DNA of 63,179 nucleotides, taken from Candidatus Aenigmatarchaeota archaeon (lineage in GTDB: Archaea; Aenigmatarchaeota; Aenigmatarchaeia; CG10238-14). The notes under the pieces were generated by a model, which did not search any database, was not told the origin of the DNA, and saw nothing but the letters and a program-made list of their open reading frames with translations. Position 1 is the first letter of the stretch. Each line of letters starts with the position of its first letter. Positions 47,719 through 57,402 of this stretch are shown here, piece by piece. Position numbers and translations under genes: made by a program. The DNA is taken from assembly GCA_018920365.1 (NCBI GenBank), contig JAHLMM010000001.1, positions 70,449-133,627 of the forward strand, in the 5' to 3' direction.

Positions 47719-47976
47719 ATGGGGAAATATAAAATAGTTTATGAAAGAGATGTTTGCATAGGTGCTGCTTCGTGTGTTGCAGTTGCACCTTTGGTTTGGG
47801 AATTGGATAAGGAAAATAAAGCAGTATTAAAAGGTGGGCAAAAAACAAACGATCCGAATATATTTGAAAAAGAAATAGATGAAAAGGATTTGCAAGTAAA
47901 TCTGGATGCAGCAAGAGCATGTCCAGTAAATGCAATACACATAATAGAAAAGGAAACTGGAAAAAAACTTGTTTAA
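47719..47976 (+). CDS. Monocluster ferredoxin (CxxAxxC, probably 3Fe-4S)
   Basis: CIGAASC...ACPVNAI; GAGGTGA RBS. Confidence 0.9.
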   Translation: MGKYKIVYERDVCIGAASCVAVAPLVWELDKENKAVLKGGQKTNDPNIFEKEIDEKDLQVNLDAARACPVNAIHIIEKETGKKLV

Positions 47977-48365
47977 TTTTTCAATTTTTTGCACACTTCA
48001 TCCATGTCAGAATTTTTTACAGATGTAATAGTTTTTCCATTAAAAATTAGATTGACACAATCTTCCTCTCTTAAAACAACAAACTCTTTAATTTTTTCAC
48101 ATGATTCTATTTTTCCCTCTTCATTAAAAACAAATGTACAGTCCATATCTTTGATGTTTGTAAAACTGTCAATATTTTCACAAAATTCAGTACTTGTCAT
48201 TTCTGACAGAAAATAGCTATCATTTTCATCTTTAGCGCATAAAATAGATGAATATATAGGTGTCAATAGGTTTTTTGCTTCTATTGAAAAAAGACTAACA
48301 ACATAAGTATAAGATAGTAGTAAAACTATCAATAATGCCAAAAATACCCAAAATGACTTTTCCAT
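47973..48365 (-). CDS. Membrane-anchored Cys-containing hypothetical protein
   Basis: TM helix plus six Cys. Confidence 0.65.
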   Translation of the reverse strand: MEKSFWVFLALLIVLLLSYTYVVSLFSIEAKNLLTPIYSSILCAKDENDSYFLSEMTSTEFCENIDSFTNIKDMDCTFVFNEEGKIESCEKIKEFVVLREEDCVNLIFNGKTITSVKNSDMDEVCKKLKN

Positions 48366-48402
48366 ATTAATTAATTTATATTAACAAGTTAATAATATTT
48401 AC

Positions 48403-49209
48403 ATGGGCGCCTTTGAAGCTATGGAAAAGAACATACCGATGATAATAAAAAATCCGAGGATTGTTGTTGCTTCTGCATTGAACTTAATTCCAGGTCTAAT
48501 GGTAATGATATTATTTTTATTGGCATGGAAAGATTTTAATCAGAAATATAGTTTCAAAGATATTATAACAAATGCCTTTAAATCAAACGACTTTAACGAA
48601 TTTTATAAATCTTTAAGTGGCATTGATTTGCTTTCATTTTTATCACCATATATATTTGGTTTTATCGGTATAATGATCGTGATGTTTTTGATAGATATTT
48701 TTCTTAACATTTTTTATACAGAAGCAGGAAGACAATACATGTCTGGTAAAATAAACATGGATAAATGTGTTTCTTTTTCTATAAAAATGTTGCCTAGAGC
48801 GTTTTTAGCTTATTTTTTAGCGTTTATTGTTTTAGTTGGCTTTTCAATTTTTTCATTACTTCTCATGACTTTACCAATAATTAATTTCATCGCAATAATT
48901 CTTTTTATTGCATTCATTGTTTTTTACATTTTTACTATTTTTATGATACCGCCGTTTGTAATTGAAACCAAAGCAAACGGGTTTGATCTAATAAAAAAAT
49001 CTTTTGAATTTTCATTAAAGAATTTTGGTTGGATATTGCTTTCGTTTTTAATTTTTTGGTTTGCCCAAATAACTTTGACATCATCTTTAGAGTTAATACC
49101 AATTATAGGATATTTTATATTGTTGATAACAGAATTGTTTTTGACAACTTGGATAAAATCAATGCCAATATTTTTGTATTATGACATTCTAAAGAAGCAA
49201 GCAATTTAA
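48403..49209 (+). CDS. Polytopic membrane protein
   Basis: About 6 TM helices. Confidence 0.75.
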   Translation: MGAFEAMEKNIPMIIKNPRIVVASALNLIPGLMVMILFLLAWKDFNQKYSFKDIITNAFKSNDFNEFYKSLSGIDLLSFLSPYIFGFIGIMIVMFLIDIFLNIFYTEAGRQYMSGKINMDKCVSFSIKMLPRAFLAYFLAFIVLVGFSIFSLLLMTLPIINFIAIILFIAFIVFYIFTIFMIPPFVIETKANGFDLIKKSFEFSLKNFGWILLSFLIFWFAQITLTSSLELIPIIGYFILLITELFLTTWIKSMPIFLYYDILKKQAI

Positions 49210-49231
49210 ATGTAAAAATTAATTAACTTTT

Positions 49232-49822
49232 ATGGTAAATCATGAAAAATTAAATCTTTTTGATAAAATTATTGCTGTTTTTTCAAAACCAAATGATTTT
49301 TTTGCATATGTTAAAAATGAAATAGGTATAGGTAGTGCATTCGTTTATTTTGCTGTTTTATCACTTTTTTCAACATTTGTAGATTATATCTTAAATATAC
49401 TTTTTGGCGAATCGCCAATTTTTGTGTTAGTTATTTCATATGGTCTTGGTTTAGCGCTGATTTTTGTTGCTTCATTTGTGTTTCATATTTTTTTGAAAAT
49501 ATTTGATGGAAAATCAAATTATGAAGGTACATTCAAAGCTTATGCATATTCAATTACACCATCTCTTTTGTTTGGATGGATTCCGTATATAAAAATGGTA
49601 GCACTTTTATATTCAATTTATCTTGGAGTAAAAGGATTTTCAATAATTCATGAAATAAGCATGGTGAAATCGTTCTTTGCTTTTATTATGCCTATAATAC
49701 TTTTGATAATAATGTTAATTGTTGCTTATATAATAGGTATTAGTTATCTTACTAGCATTAATCCTTATCTTAGCAATGATTTGACTGAGACAACAGGAAT
49801 GGCTACTAGAATTTTCAAATAG
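49232..49822 (+). CDS. YIP1 family membrane protein
   Basis: P..FF, F.GK..YE.TFKA.AYS..P..L.GWIP. Confidence 0.8.
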   Translation: MVNHEKLNLFDKIIAVFSKPNDFFAYVKNEIGIGSAFVYFAVLSLFSTFVDYILNILFGESPIFVLVISYGLGLALIFVASFVFHIFLKIFDGKSNYEGTFKAYAYSITPSLLFGWIPYIKMVALLYSIYLGVKGFSIIHEISMVKSFFAFIMPIILLIIMLIVAYIIGISYLTSINPYLSNDLTETTGMATRIFK

Positions 49823-50396
49823 CTTTGTTTTTTATTTCTATTTCTAACACTCCATTTCTGAATGTTTTGTTGACAACTGAATTTGCTGGTATTGGTATTA
49901 ATTTGAAGTAAGTTTTGTCTTTGGCAAATGCCTTCACTTCAATGCTTTGCTCAAACTGCTTTATTTCTATCTGATCTTCTGATTTTATATCGGGAAGGTT
50001 TATTGTTATAATTGTTTTGTCTTTGTTTTTTGACATTTTAGTTTCAGGTTCTTCAGTCTTTTTTGGTTTTCTAAAAGTATTTTTTATGCTTTCACTTAAA
50101 CCCAACTTTCTTTTTATTTCTGGCTCTAAATTCTTATAATCGCCTGAAGTCCTAACTTCTATTCTAGGTTCCATACCAGTACCACTTTGTACTGTTATGT
50201 GTATTTCACCGCCACTCGTCTTTATTCTTGGTTTTTTGAACTCCTTATCTATTCGCTGAAATTCTGTTTCTATTTCATTAAACATTCTTTCAAAAATTCC
50301 GAACTCTCTCACTGGTCGACCGCAATTTGGACAAAAACTCCAGTCATTTTTAAGATTATAACCACAAAAGTTGCACTGCTTCCTTTTCCAAATCAT
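49815..50396 (-). CDS. Zinc-ribbon plus Hsp20-like domain protein (paralog of 34350..34850)
   Basis: CNFCG...WSFCPNCG; EPET...LP....IEVKA...YFKLIPIP...NGVLEI. Confidence 0.78.
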   Translation of the reverse strand: MIWKRKQCNFCGYNLKNDWSFCPNCGRPVREFGIFERMFNEIETEFQRIDKEFKKPRIKTSGGEIHITVQSGTGMEPRIEVRTSGDYKNLEPEIKRKLGLSESIKNTFRKPKKTEEPETKMSKNKDKTIITINLPDIKSEDQIEIKQFEQSIEVKAFAKDKTYFKLIPIPANSVVNKTFRNGVLEIEIKNKAI

Positions 50397-50429
50397 AATT
50401 AAAATTTAAATTTTGTGGTTAAATTTCTT

Positions 50430-50642
50430 TCATATTTTTGATTGAAAAAACAGTAAAATTGCCAAAAGGGTAAGTATAACCAATATTAGACCATATTTGC
50501 TACTGGCCCAACCAAATGGTATTGGTCCTATAAATCCACCGAAGGCATATTCTACTTTAGATGATTTTAATGAAGATATTATGATAATTATCATGCCAAG
50601 AAAAATCAAAGCAAAACCAACAACAAACAAATTATCTTGCAT
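50430..50642 (-). CDS. DUF131 family small membrane protein
   Basis: GGFIGPIPFG between two TM helices. Confidence 0.82.
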   Translation of the reverse strand: MQDNLFVVGFALIFLGMIIIIISSLKSSKVEYAFGGFIGPIPFGWASSKYGLILVILTLLAILLFFQSKI

Positions 50643-50674
50643 AATTATATTTTAATTGAATTAATAATTTATTT

Positions 50675-51391
50675 ATGAGATTGTTTTTTGCTTTGGTAAT
50701 ATTTATAATATTAAGTGGTTGTGTAAATAGAGGTGATGAATTGAATCAGGTAAAATTTACTACAGATGATGGTGTTGTTATTTATGCTAATTTTGTTGAA
50801 TCTCAAGAAAAAAATGGAAAAGCTGTAATACTGCTTCATATGTTGAGAACTGATAAAAGCTATTGGACAGTATTTTCAGATGAGCTTAATAAAAACAATT
50901 ATACTACAATAGCAATTGATTTAAGGGGTCACGGAAAAAGTGTTGTAAAAAATGGAAAGGAATACAGGTGGCAGGATTTTACAGAAGATGATTTCAATAA
51001 AATGGTTCTAGATGTAAAAGCTGCAAAATTATTTTTGATAGAAAGAGGTTATGAACCGAAAAATATAGCAATAATCGGCGCTAGTATAGGTGCTAACACG
51101 GCAATAAACTATGCGGCAACAGATGAAGAAATAAGATCAATTGCACTGCTTTCTCCAGGACTTGACTATAGAGGTGTAAAAACAGAAAAATCAATGAGTA
51201 TTTTTGATGGAAATGTGTTCATTGCTTCAAGCAAAGAAGATGAACCGTCTTATTCATCTTGCTTAAAATTAAAAGATTTAGGCAATTCAAGAAAAACTGT
51301 TGTTTTTTATGAAAATGCTGGTCATGGAACTTGGATGTTTCAAAAAACAGATCTAGCTAAAAAACTTCTTGAATGGCTTAATTCTTTGTAA
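50675..51391 (+). CDS. Alpha/beta hydrolase lipoprotein
   Basis: LSGC, DLRGHG, GASIG, GHG. Confidence 0.88.
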   Translation: MRLFFALVIFIILSGCVNRGDELNQVKFTTDDGVVIYANFVESQEKNGKAVILLHMLRTDKSYWTVFSDELNKNNYTTIAIDLRGHGKSVVKNGKEYRWQDFTEDDFNKMVLDVKAAKLFLIERGYEPKNIAIIGASIGANTAINYAATDEEIRSIALLSPGLDYRGVKTEKSMSIFDGNVFIASSKEDEPSYSSCLKLKDLGNSRKTVVFYENAGHGTWMFQKTDLAKKLLEWLNSL

Positions 51392-52768
51392 AAAAAGTAT
51401 AATACCATCAAATAAATTTTCTTCTTTTTGTTTGTTGACACTATTAATGTTAACATCTACTTTTGTAATATTTTCAGGTTTAATCTCTATTTCCGGTATC
51501 TCTGTTTCATCTTTGTTTATTTCTTTCAAGCAATTTGAAAATATTTCAAAATCTATTGAATAGCAAGGCATAAAATTTGTATTCAGGGCATTCAACAGAA
51601 TCTTATTTGATTCTTTGTAATCTGTCACAGGTCTTTTTATTTCTTTTATTTCTGAATAAGCTTGACTTAATTTTTCAATTCCGTTCTTCATCACAGAATA
51701 TCTTATAATAAGTTCACTGAATGCATATCCAAAATCACGTGTTTCTGCATTTTCAGGATTCCAAATTTCCATAAAAGATTTAGAAGTTGAATAATATTCC
51801 CAAAGTTGTGTTTTGCTTCCTTTGGATTTAATAAAAATCTTGTTGCCATCTTCCTTGAAAATTTTATTATCTCCAAAAAGTTCTGGGTTTTTCAAACCTA
51901 AATGCTTGTTGGATAGATATTCTATATAACTTGACATGCCTTCTTCAAACCATGTTGGGCTCACTTGGTTCCATTTCAAGACTTTGGAATTAAATCCATG
52001 CATTGTTTCATGAAGAATTATACTTGCATTATATTGTCCTTCAGCAATAGACCTTTTTATTAGTATCAAACCACCTCTCATATGAGTTGCTGAACCCCAT
52101 GGTTGTATTTTTGAAGTAAATGTCGAATCATCTAAAACAAAAACAGGAAATCTTTTGTATGGTTTTGGCAACCCTGTTATATTTGGTATAATTGAAAAAG
52201 CATTGTCAGCCGCTGTTATATCTGTACTTCCAAAAAGCAAATAATTTTCGTATTCTCTTCCTGAATAACCATAATAGATGACTATATCAGCTGATCCATT
52301 TCCAACAAACTGTGCAAAATTGTCATCAAAATATTCTGTAAACCCAAAAGAAGCATCACCAGAGATTATTCTATTTGCATATATATTTACTATTGTCTGA
52401 TCATTTTCAAAACCAGATAGGTATAGCTGTATTTTTTTTAATGGTACAAAATCATCGTAAATAGAATTTTTCAGTGTATATTGAATGTTAATAACCCTTT
52501 CATTTGAGTTTAATCTATGTGTTTGGAAAACTATATAGTTGCCTTGTTTTTTATAACTTATGATGCCTACTTCATCTTTTATATAGTCTATTTCATTTTC
52601 TTGTGGTATTTCCCAAGATATTTCAAAAATATCATAACTCTTTGCAGCATCAATTTTTATTGTGGTGTTTACTTTTACAACATCATTATTAACCGTGACA
52701 TTATGGAAAACCAAAGCATTAGATATTGGAATTATTAAAAGTGCGATGAAAAACAAGCTAAATTTCAT
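51353..52768 (-). CDS. Secreted gluzincin metallopeptidase-like protein
   Basis: Signal peptide; HETMH...WFEEGMS. Confidence 0.78.
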   Translation of the reverse strand: MKFSLFFIALLIIPISNALVFHNVTVNNDVVKVNTTIKIDAAKSYDIFEISWEIPQENEIDYIKDEVGIISYKKQGNYIVFQTHRLNSNERVINIQYTLKNSIYDDFVPLKKIQLYLSGFENDQTIVNIYANRIISGDASFGFTEYFDDNFAQFVGNGSADIVIYYGYSGREYENYLLFGSTDITAADNAFSIIPNITGLPKPYKRFPVFVLDDSTFTSKIQPWGSATHMRGGLILIKRSIAEGQYNASIILHETMHGFNSKVLKWNQVSPTWFEEGMSSYIEYLSNKHLGLKNPELFGDNKIFKEDGNKIFIKSKGSKTQLWEYYSTSKSFMEIWNPENAETRDFGYAFSELIIRYSVMKNGIEKLSQAYSEIKEIKRPVTDYKESNKILLNALNTNFMPCYSIDFEIFSNCLKEINKDETEIPEIEIKPENITKVDVNINSVNKQKEENLFDGIILFLQRIKPFKKFFS

Positions 52769-52796
52769 ATCATTATTTGAATATTTGCTATATAAA

Positions 52797-53432
52797 TTAT
52801 CTACCTTTGACTCCGATCTTTTTGCAATAATATTTTATTTTACAAGCATCACATTTTGGTTTAGTCGGCAAACATATGTTTTGTCCCCAAGTCACAAGAA
52901 GATTGTTGTAATCCTTCCAAAATTTTGGTGGAATCTTTTTTTTCAGTTCAAACTCTGTTTTTTCAGGCGTTTTTGTCTTAACTATGCCTATTCTGTTTGA
53001 AATTCTGTGTACATGAGTATCAACTGCTATTGTATTTTTACCAAAAGCATAAATCAAGACTATGTTTGCAGTTTTTCTTCCAACACCTTTTAATTTTAAA
53101 AGATCATCTATATTATCTGGAACATCACCATTATATTTTTGAATCAATTCTTCTGAGATCTCTTTTATTCTCTTTGCTTTTGTTTTGTAATAGTTGACGT
53201 TTTTAATTGCATTCTCGATTTTATTTAAATCCAATTTTGAGATTTCGTGTGGTGTTGATGCAATAGAAAACAATTTTTCGCTTGCTTTTATTGTTATTTT
53301 GTCTTTTGTCCTTAAGCTCAACAAACATGATATTAAAACTTTGAATGGGGTTGGCTTTGTTAGCTGTTCCATAGCTGGTTTTTCAAATTTTACAGTTTCT
53401 TTCTTTAAAATTTTTATTATCTTGGTTATCAT
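52797..53432 (-). CDS. nth: Endonuclease III
   Basis: L.GVGRKTAN, VDTHVHR, C......C..C.....C. Confidence 0.95.
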   Translation of the reverse strand: MITKIIKILKKETVKFEKPAMEQLTKPTPFKVLISCLLSLRTKDKITIKASEKLFSIASTPHEISKLDLNKIENAIKNVNYYKTKAKRIKEISEELIQKYNGDVPDNIDDLLKLKGVGRKTANIVLIYAFGKNTIAVDTHVHRISNRIGIVKTKTPEKTEFELKKKIPPKFWKDYNNLLVTWGQNICLPTKPKCDACKIKYYCKKIGVKGR

Positions 53433-53457
53433 AAAGAATTATTGCAATTTATTATTT

Positions 53458-53973
53458 TTATTCTGAATTGTATATAGCTAGTGCTTGAATGAAAAACGGA
53501 TTTGAAAAAAATGTACGCGGTAGGCATTGCACGTTCATTTCTCTTTCTTTCATAGCATATAATCCTCCAATAAATGGTGTAAATTTATCTCTATATTCTT
53601 GATTCATTCTAAGCTTTCTTATTTGCGGAAATTTTTCTTCAAGAATTCTTCTGAGTTTTTGATATTCACCCATGTTATTAATAACTATTGACTCTAAATA
53701 CCCTCTTATAAAAGCATCAGTATCTGAATTAACATGTAAATACATTATTAACCAAAGCGTTTCTTTTCCATATCTTATAGTCAAGTATGTGCCAAGTTTT
53801 GTCCAAATCTCTGACTCATTAACAAAATTTTCAACACCTTCAGATGTCCCAAAAAAATCTATATACAACTCTACTAAAGCTTTTGTCATATCGTTTACAA
53901 AACCTAAATCTGAAAATGAATGGTGTCTTTTTTTTAACCTCAAGCCAATAGTCGGAAAATAAATATCATTCAT
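53458..53973 (-). CDS. Hypothetical protein (ORFan-like)
   Basis: 171-aa ORF. Confidence 0.65.
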   Translation of the reverse strand: MNDIYFPTIGLRLKKRHHSFSDLGFVNDMTKALVELYIDFFGTSEGVENFVNESEIWTKLGTYLTIRYGKETLWLIMYLHVNSDTDAFIRGYLESIVINNMGEYQKLRRILEEKFPQIRKLRMNQEYRDKFTPFIGGLYAMKEREMNVQCLPRTFFSNPFFIQALAIYNSE

Positions 53974-54025
53974 AAATAAAATTTATATAAAAAGCTTTAA
54001 ATGCTATTTCATTAAAAACAAATAC

Positions 54026-54673
54026 TTGAAAAATATATTATTTAATATGAAAAAATTTGAATTTCTAGCTTCATTGATAATAATATTCACATTCTTGATT
54101 ACAATATATTTTTATACATATATCCCTGACATAATAGAAAGCCATTGGGATTTGAACGGAAATGTTAACGGATATATGAAAAAGGCGTCTGGATTACTGC
54201 TAATACCAATAATTATGATTTTTTCAACTATGATGTTTTTCACCCTACCAAAAATTGACCCGTTAAAAGAAAATATTAAAAAATTCAGAAATTACTATTA
54301 TTGGTTTATTATAATATTTTGCTTGTTTATGCTCATCATTCAATTACATTTAATCTTATGGAATGTTGGTTTTAAAATCAATCCCAAAATTATAATTTCC
54401 TTTTGTTGCTCTGCTTTGTTTTTTTATGTTGGAATACTTTTGGGCAAAACAAAAAGAAATTGGTTTATAGGTATAAGGACTCCTTGGACATTAAGCAGCG
54501 ATTATGTGTGGGAAAAGACAAACAAACTAGGAGGGATGATTTTCAAAATGCTTTCAATTTTATGTCTAATTTCAATTTTATTTGAAGAATACTATATTTT
54601 GTTTGTACCTATCATAATTTCAGCAATATTTCTAGTAATATATTCTTATTTTGTTTACAAAAAATCAAAATAA
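54026..54673 (+). CDS. SdpI/DUF1648 family membrane protein
   Basis: HW..NG..NG, NWFIGIRTPWTLS...W.KTN. Confidence 0.88.
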   Translation: MKNILFNMKKFEFLASLIIIFTFLITIYFYTYIPDIIESHWDLNGNVNGYMKKASGLLLIPIIMIFSTMMFFTLPKIDPLKENIKKFRNYYYWFIIIFCLFMLIIQLHLILWNVGFKINPKIIISFCCSALFFYVGILLGKTKRNWFIGIRTPWTLSSDYVWEKTNKLGGMIFKMLSILCLISILFEEYYILFVPIIISAIFLVIYSYFVYKKSK

Positions 54674-54674
54674 C

Positions 54675-55766
54675 TCATTTCTCTAGAACCCATATTTCTC
54701 TCTTTGTTTTATGTCTCTCTTCAGCATCCACAATAGATTTGTGATTTGGCAATAATTCAATAATTTTGAATTTTGTTTTTTTGCATAAATCTTCCATATT
54801 TATTCTTGCTGTTTTTCCTTCTTTTACAACAAAAAGCGGTGTTATCATGCAAATTTTTGCTCTATCTTTCATTACTTTGTGAGCTTCTGATAAAAAAGAT
54901 TCAAACAATTTTGTTACATCATTTAATATTTTTTCTGCTTGATGTATTGATGGATTTGATTTTAACGGCTGTCCTAAATAAGGCTCTGTTACTATGACAT
55001 CTATACTATCTCTATTCAAGTAATTGCTAAGCTTGGTTGCGTCACCTTCAATCAGATTAAATTTTTCAAAACCTAACCAATTGAGATTTATCTTTGCATC
55101 ATCTAAACACTTTTTATTTTTATCTAAACCATAAACATCCATACTTGAAATCAAAGCTTCTTGCAATATAGTTCCTATGCCACAAAATGGATCAAGCAAT
55201 TTTTGCCCTGGCAAAGCAACTAGATTTATCATTATTCTTGCCAATCTAGGTGGTATTGAATATATTGGTCTTTGTCTTGGTCTCTCAACATCCCTTTTTT
55301 TGAATGCAAAGGGGTTGTGAACTTGAACAGTCTTGTAAAATTTTGAATCAAATGAAATTATTTCAACTCCATTTTTCTTCAAAATTTTTAAAACCTCGAA
55401 ATGTTTCAAATCAGTATGCCCATGAAATTTTGGAGATGAAAAAATAGCTTTGATTTTTTGCTTTTTTAAATCATTGAGTATATGTTTTTTGACATTTTTA
55501 TACTCTGAGTTTGATTTTGGATACACGCTTAAGCCTATTTTAATTTTTTCATAATTGTGTAATTCATCAAGATTTAACGGAACTGCTATCTTGATAGTTC
55601 CACCAAGCTCGTCAATAATATTTCCGATATTTCTGTCAGTTTTCACTTCAAGAATATTTTCAAACTCTTTAATGAATTCAAAGTTTATTTTTCTGTTTTT
55701 AAAGTAATGATAAATCTCCGCCTTTGATAAAACTGGATTCTTGCCTAAAACAAAAAGATAATTCAT
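54675..55766 (-). CDS. Trm11-like tRNA (m2G10) methyltransferase
   Basis: LG.NP.LS.AE, PPRLARIMINL, DPFCG.GTIL.EA, IVTEPYLG. Confidence 0.8.
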   Translation of the reverse strand: MNYLFVLGKNPVLSKAEIYHYFKNRKINFEFIKEFENILEVKTDRNIGNIIDELGGTIKIAVPLNLDELHNYEKIKIGLSVYPKSNSEYKNVKKHILNDLKKQKIKAIFSSPKFHGHTDLKHFEVLKILKKNGVEIISFDSKFYKTVQVHNPFAFKKRDVERPRQRPIYSIPPRLARIMINLVALPGQKLLDPFCGIGTILQEALISSMDVYGLDKNKKCLDDAKINLNWLGFEKFNLIEGDATKLSNYLNRDSIDVIVTEPYLGQPLKSNPSIHQAEKILNDVTKLFESFLSEAHKVMKDRAKICMITPLFVVKEGKTARINMEDLCKKTKFKIIELLPNHKSIVDAEERHKTKREIWVLEK

Positions 55767-55797
55767 GATAATAATTCATACAAAACATATTTATTGG

Positions 55798-56091
55798 TTA
55801 GCAAACTTTCCATTTCAAACCCCAGTTGCCTAATTTCTTTATAATAGGTAATAATTCTTTGCCTTTTTGCGTCAAAAAGTATATGTTTTTATTGTCCATT
55901 GATTTATGGTCTATTATTTTTTGTTCTAAAAGATATTTGAGGTTGATAGAAAGTGTTCTAGAACTTATCATGCAAACCCTCCTTAGATCATTAAAGCTTT
56001 TCTCACTATCGCTTAAATATCTTATAATAAGCAATCTTGGTTTTGTGCCTATTATTTTTATTGATTCTGTTATTGGGCATATTTTTTTCAT
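55798..56091 (-). CDS. HxlR/DUF24 winged-helix regulator
   Basis: MKKICPI, FNDL, SSRTLS..LK, Y.LT.KG.EL. Confidence 0.88.
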   Translation of the reverse strand: MKKICPITESIKIIGTKPRLLIIRYLSDSEKSFNDLRRVCMISSRTLSINLKYLLEQKIIDHKSMDNKNIYFLTQKGKELLPIIKKLGNWGLKWKVC

Positions 56092-56116
56092 ATAAATTAA
56101 TTGATGTGATAGATTT

Positions 56117-56141
56117 AAATAGTTTACTTTGTAAACTATTT
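56117..56141. promoter_or_regulatory. Palindromic operator-like site between the divergent regulator and glutaredoxin genes
   Basis: AAATAGTTTAC-TTT-GTAAACTATTT, perfect 11-bp arms. Confidence 0.7.
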
Positions 56142-56150
56142 TAGAGGTGA

Positions 56151-56390
56151 ATGAAAATGGAAGTAATCTTGTATTCGGCTGACTGGTGTCCATGGTGTCA
56201 GAGAACAAAAATGTTTCTGAAAGAAAACAATATAAAATTCAAAGAAATGAATGTTGACAAAAACCCAGAAGCTGCAAGAGATTTAATTGAAAAAACCGGG
56301 CAGATGGGAATTCCAGTTACGCTTGTAGATGGTAAACCAATAATTGGATATGATGTACCAAGATTAAAGCAAGCCTTGAAATTAAAGTAA
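56151..56390 (+). CDS. Glutaredoxin/NrdH-like protein
   Basis: WCPWC, TGQMGIPV. Confidence 0.9.
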   Translation: MKMEVILYSADWCPWCQRTKMFLKENNIKFKEMNVDKNPEAARDLIEKTGQMGIPVTLVDGKPIIGYDVPRLKQALKLK

Positions 56391-56429
56391 TTTTTATTTT
56401 TATTTAATCTAAATTAATTAGGTGATTTT

Positions 56430-57401
56430 ATGCAAGAATTTGATTTAATTATAGTAGGTGCAGGCCCTGCAGGCATTACTGCTGGAATTTATGCTTCTAG
56501 GAGAGCGTTAAAAACTGTTATAATAAGTGAAAATATAGGCGGACAGATAATGTCAACTACATGGATTGAGAACTATCCTGGATTTACTCAAATAAAAGCT
56601 GTTGAACTTGTACAAAAATTTGAAGATCATGTAAGACATTTTGGTGTTGATATAATTCAAGAATTAGTTGTTGAAGTAAATGAAGTAGAAGGTGGATTTG
56701 TAGTAAAGACAACACAAAATGAATATAAGGCTAAAGCTGTTATACTTGCTTTTGGAAAATCCCCAAGAACGTTGGATGTGCCTGGAGAAAAACAGTATAC
56801 GGGGAAAGGTGTCTCATATTGTGCAACTTGTGATGCACCTTTGTTCAGAAACATGCCAACAGCTGTTATAGGTGGTGGTAACTCTGCATTTGAAGCTGCA
56901 CATTTGCTATCTCAAATATCATCAAAAGTTTATATTATACATAGATCTGATACTTTTAGGGCGTTTGAAAGTTTAGTTGAAGACGTAAGAAAAAAAGGCG
57001 TAGAATTTGTAATGAATAGTGAAGTGAAAGAAATAAAAGGAGATAATTTTGTAAGGTCGATCGTTATTGAAAATAATAAAACAGGTGAAAGAAAGGAAAT
57101 ACAGGTAAATGGTGTTTTTGTTGAAATTGGCTCTGAAGTAAAAACAGATTTAATAAAAGATCTTGTAAAGCTGGATGAGAGTAAGCATGTTGTTGTTAAT
57201 GAAAAGGCAGAAACATTTTATCCAAATAGCGATAAAGTTAGACCTGGATTATTTGCTGCTGGTGATTTAACTAATGTGCCTTTTAAGCAAATAGTTGTCT
57301 CTGCAGGCGAAGGTTGTAAAGCAGCTTTGCAAGCATATAATTACATACATGGAATTGAAACAAAAGGACATGTAGCAGATTGGTCTGCTTCTAAAAAATG
57401 A
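56430..57401 (+). CDS. trxB: Thioredoxin reductase
   Basis: GAGPAG, SYCATCD, GGGNSA, FAAGD. Confidence 0.93.
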   Translation: MQEFDLIIVGAGPAGITAGIYASRRALKTVIISENIGGQIMSTTWIENYPGFTQIKAVELVQKFEDHVRHFGVDIIQELVVEVNEVEGGFVVKTTQNEYKAKAVILAFGKSPRTLDVPGEKQYTGKGVSYCATCDAPLFRNMPTAVIGGGNSAFEAAHLLSQISSKVYIIHRSDTFRAFESLVEDVRKKGVEFVMNSEVKEIKGDNFVRSIVIENNKTGERKEIQVNGVFVEIGSEVKTDLIKDLVKLDESKHVVVNEKAETFYPNSDKVRPGLFAAGDLTNVPFKQIVVSAGEGCKAALQAYNYIHGIETKGHVADWSASKK

Positions 57402-57402
57402 G

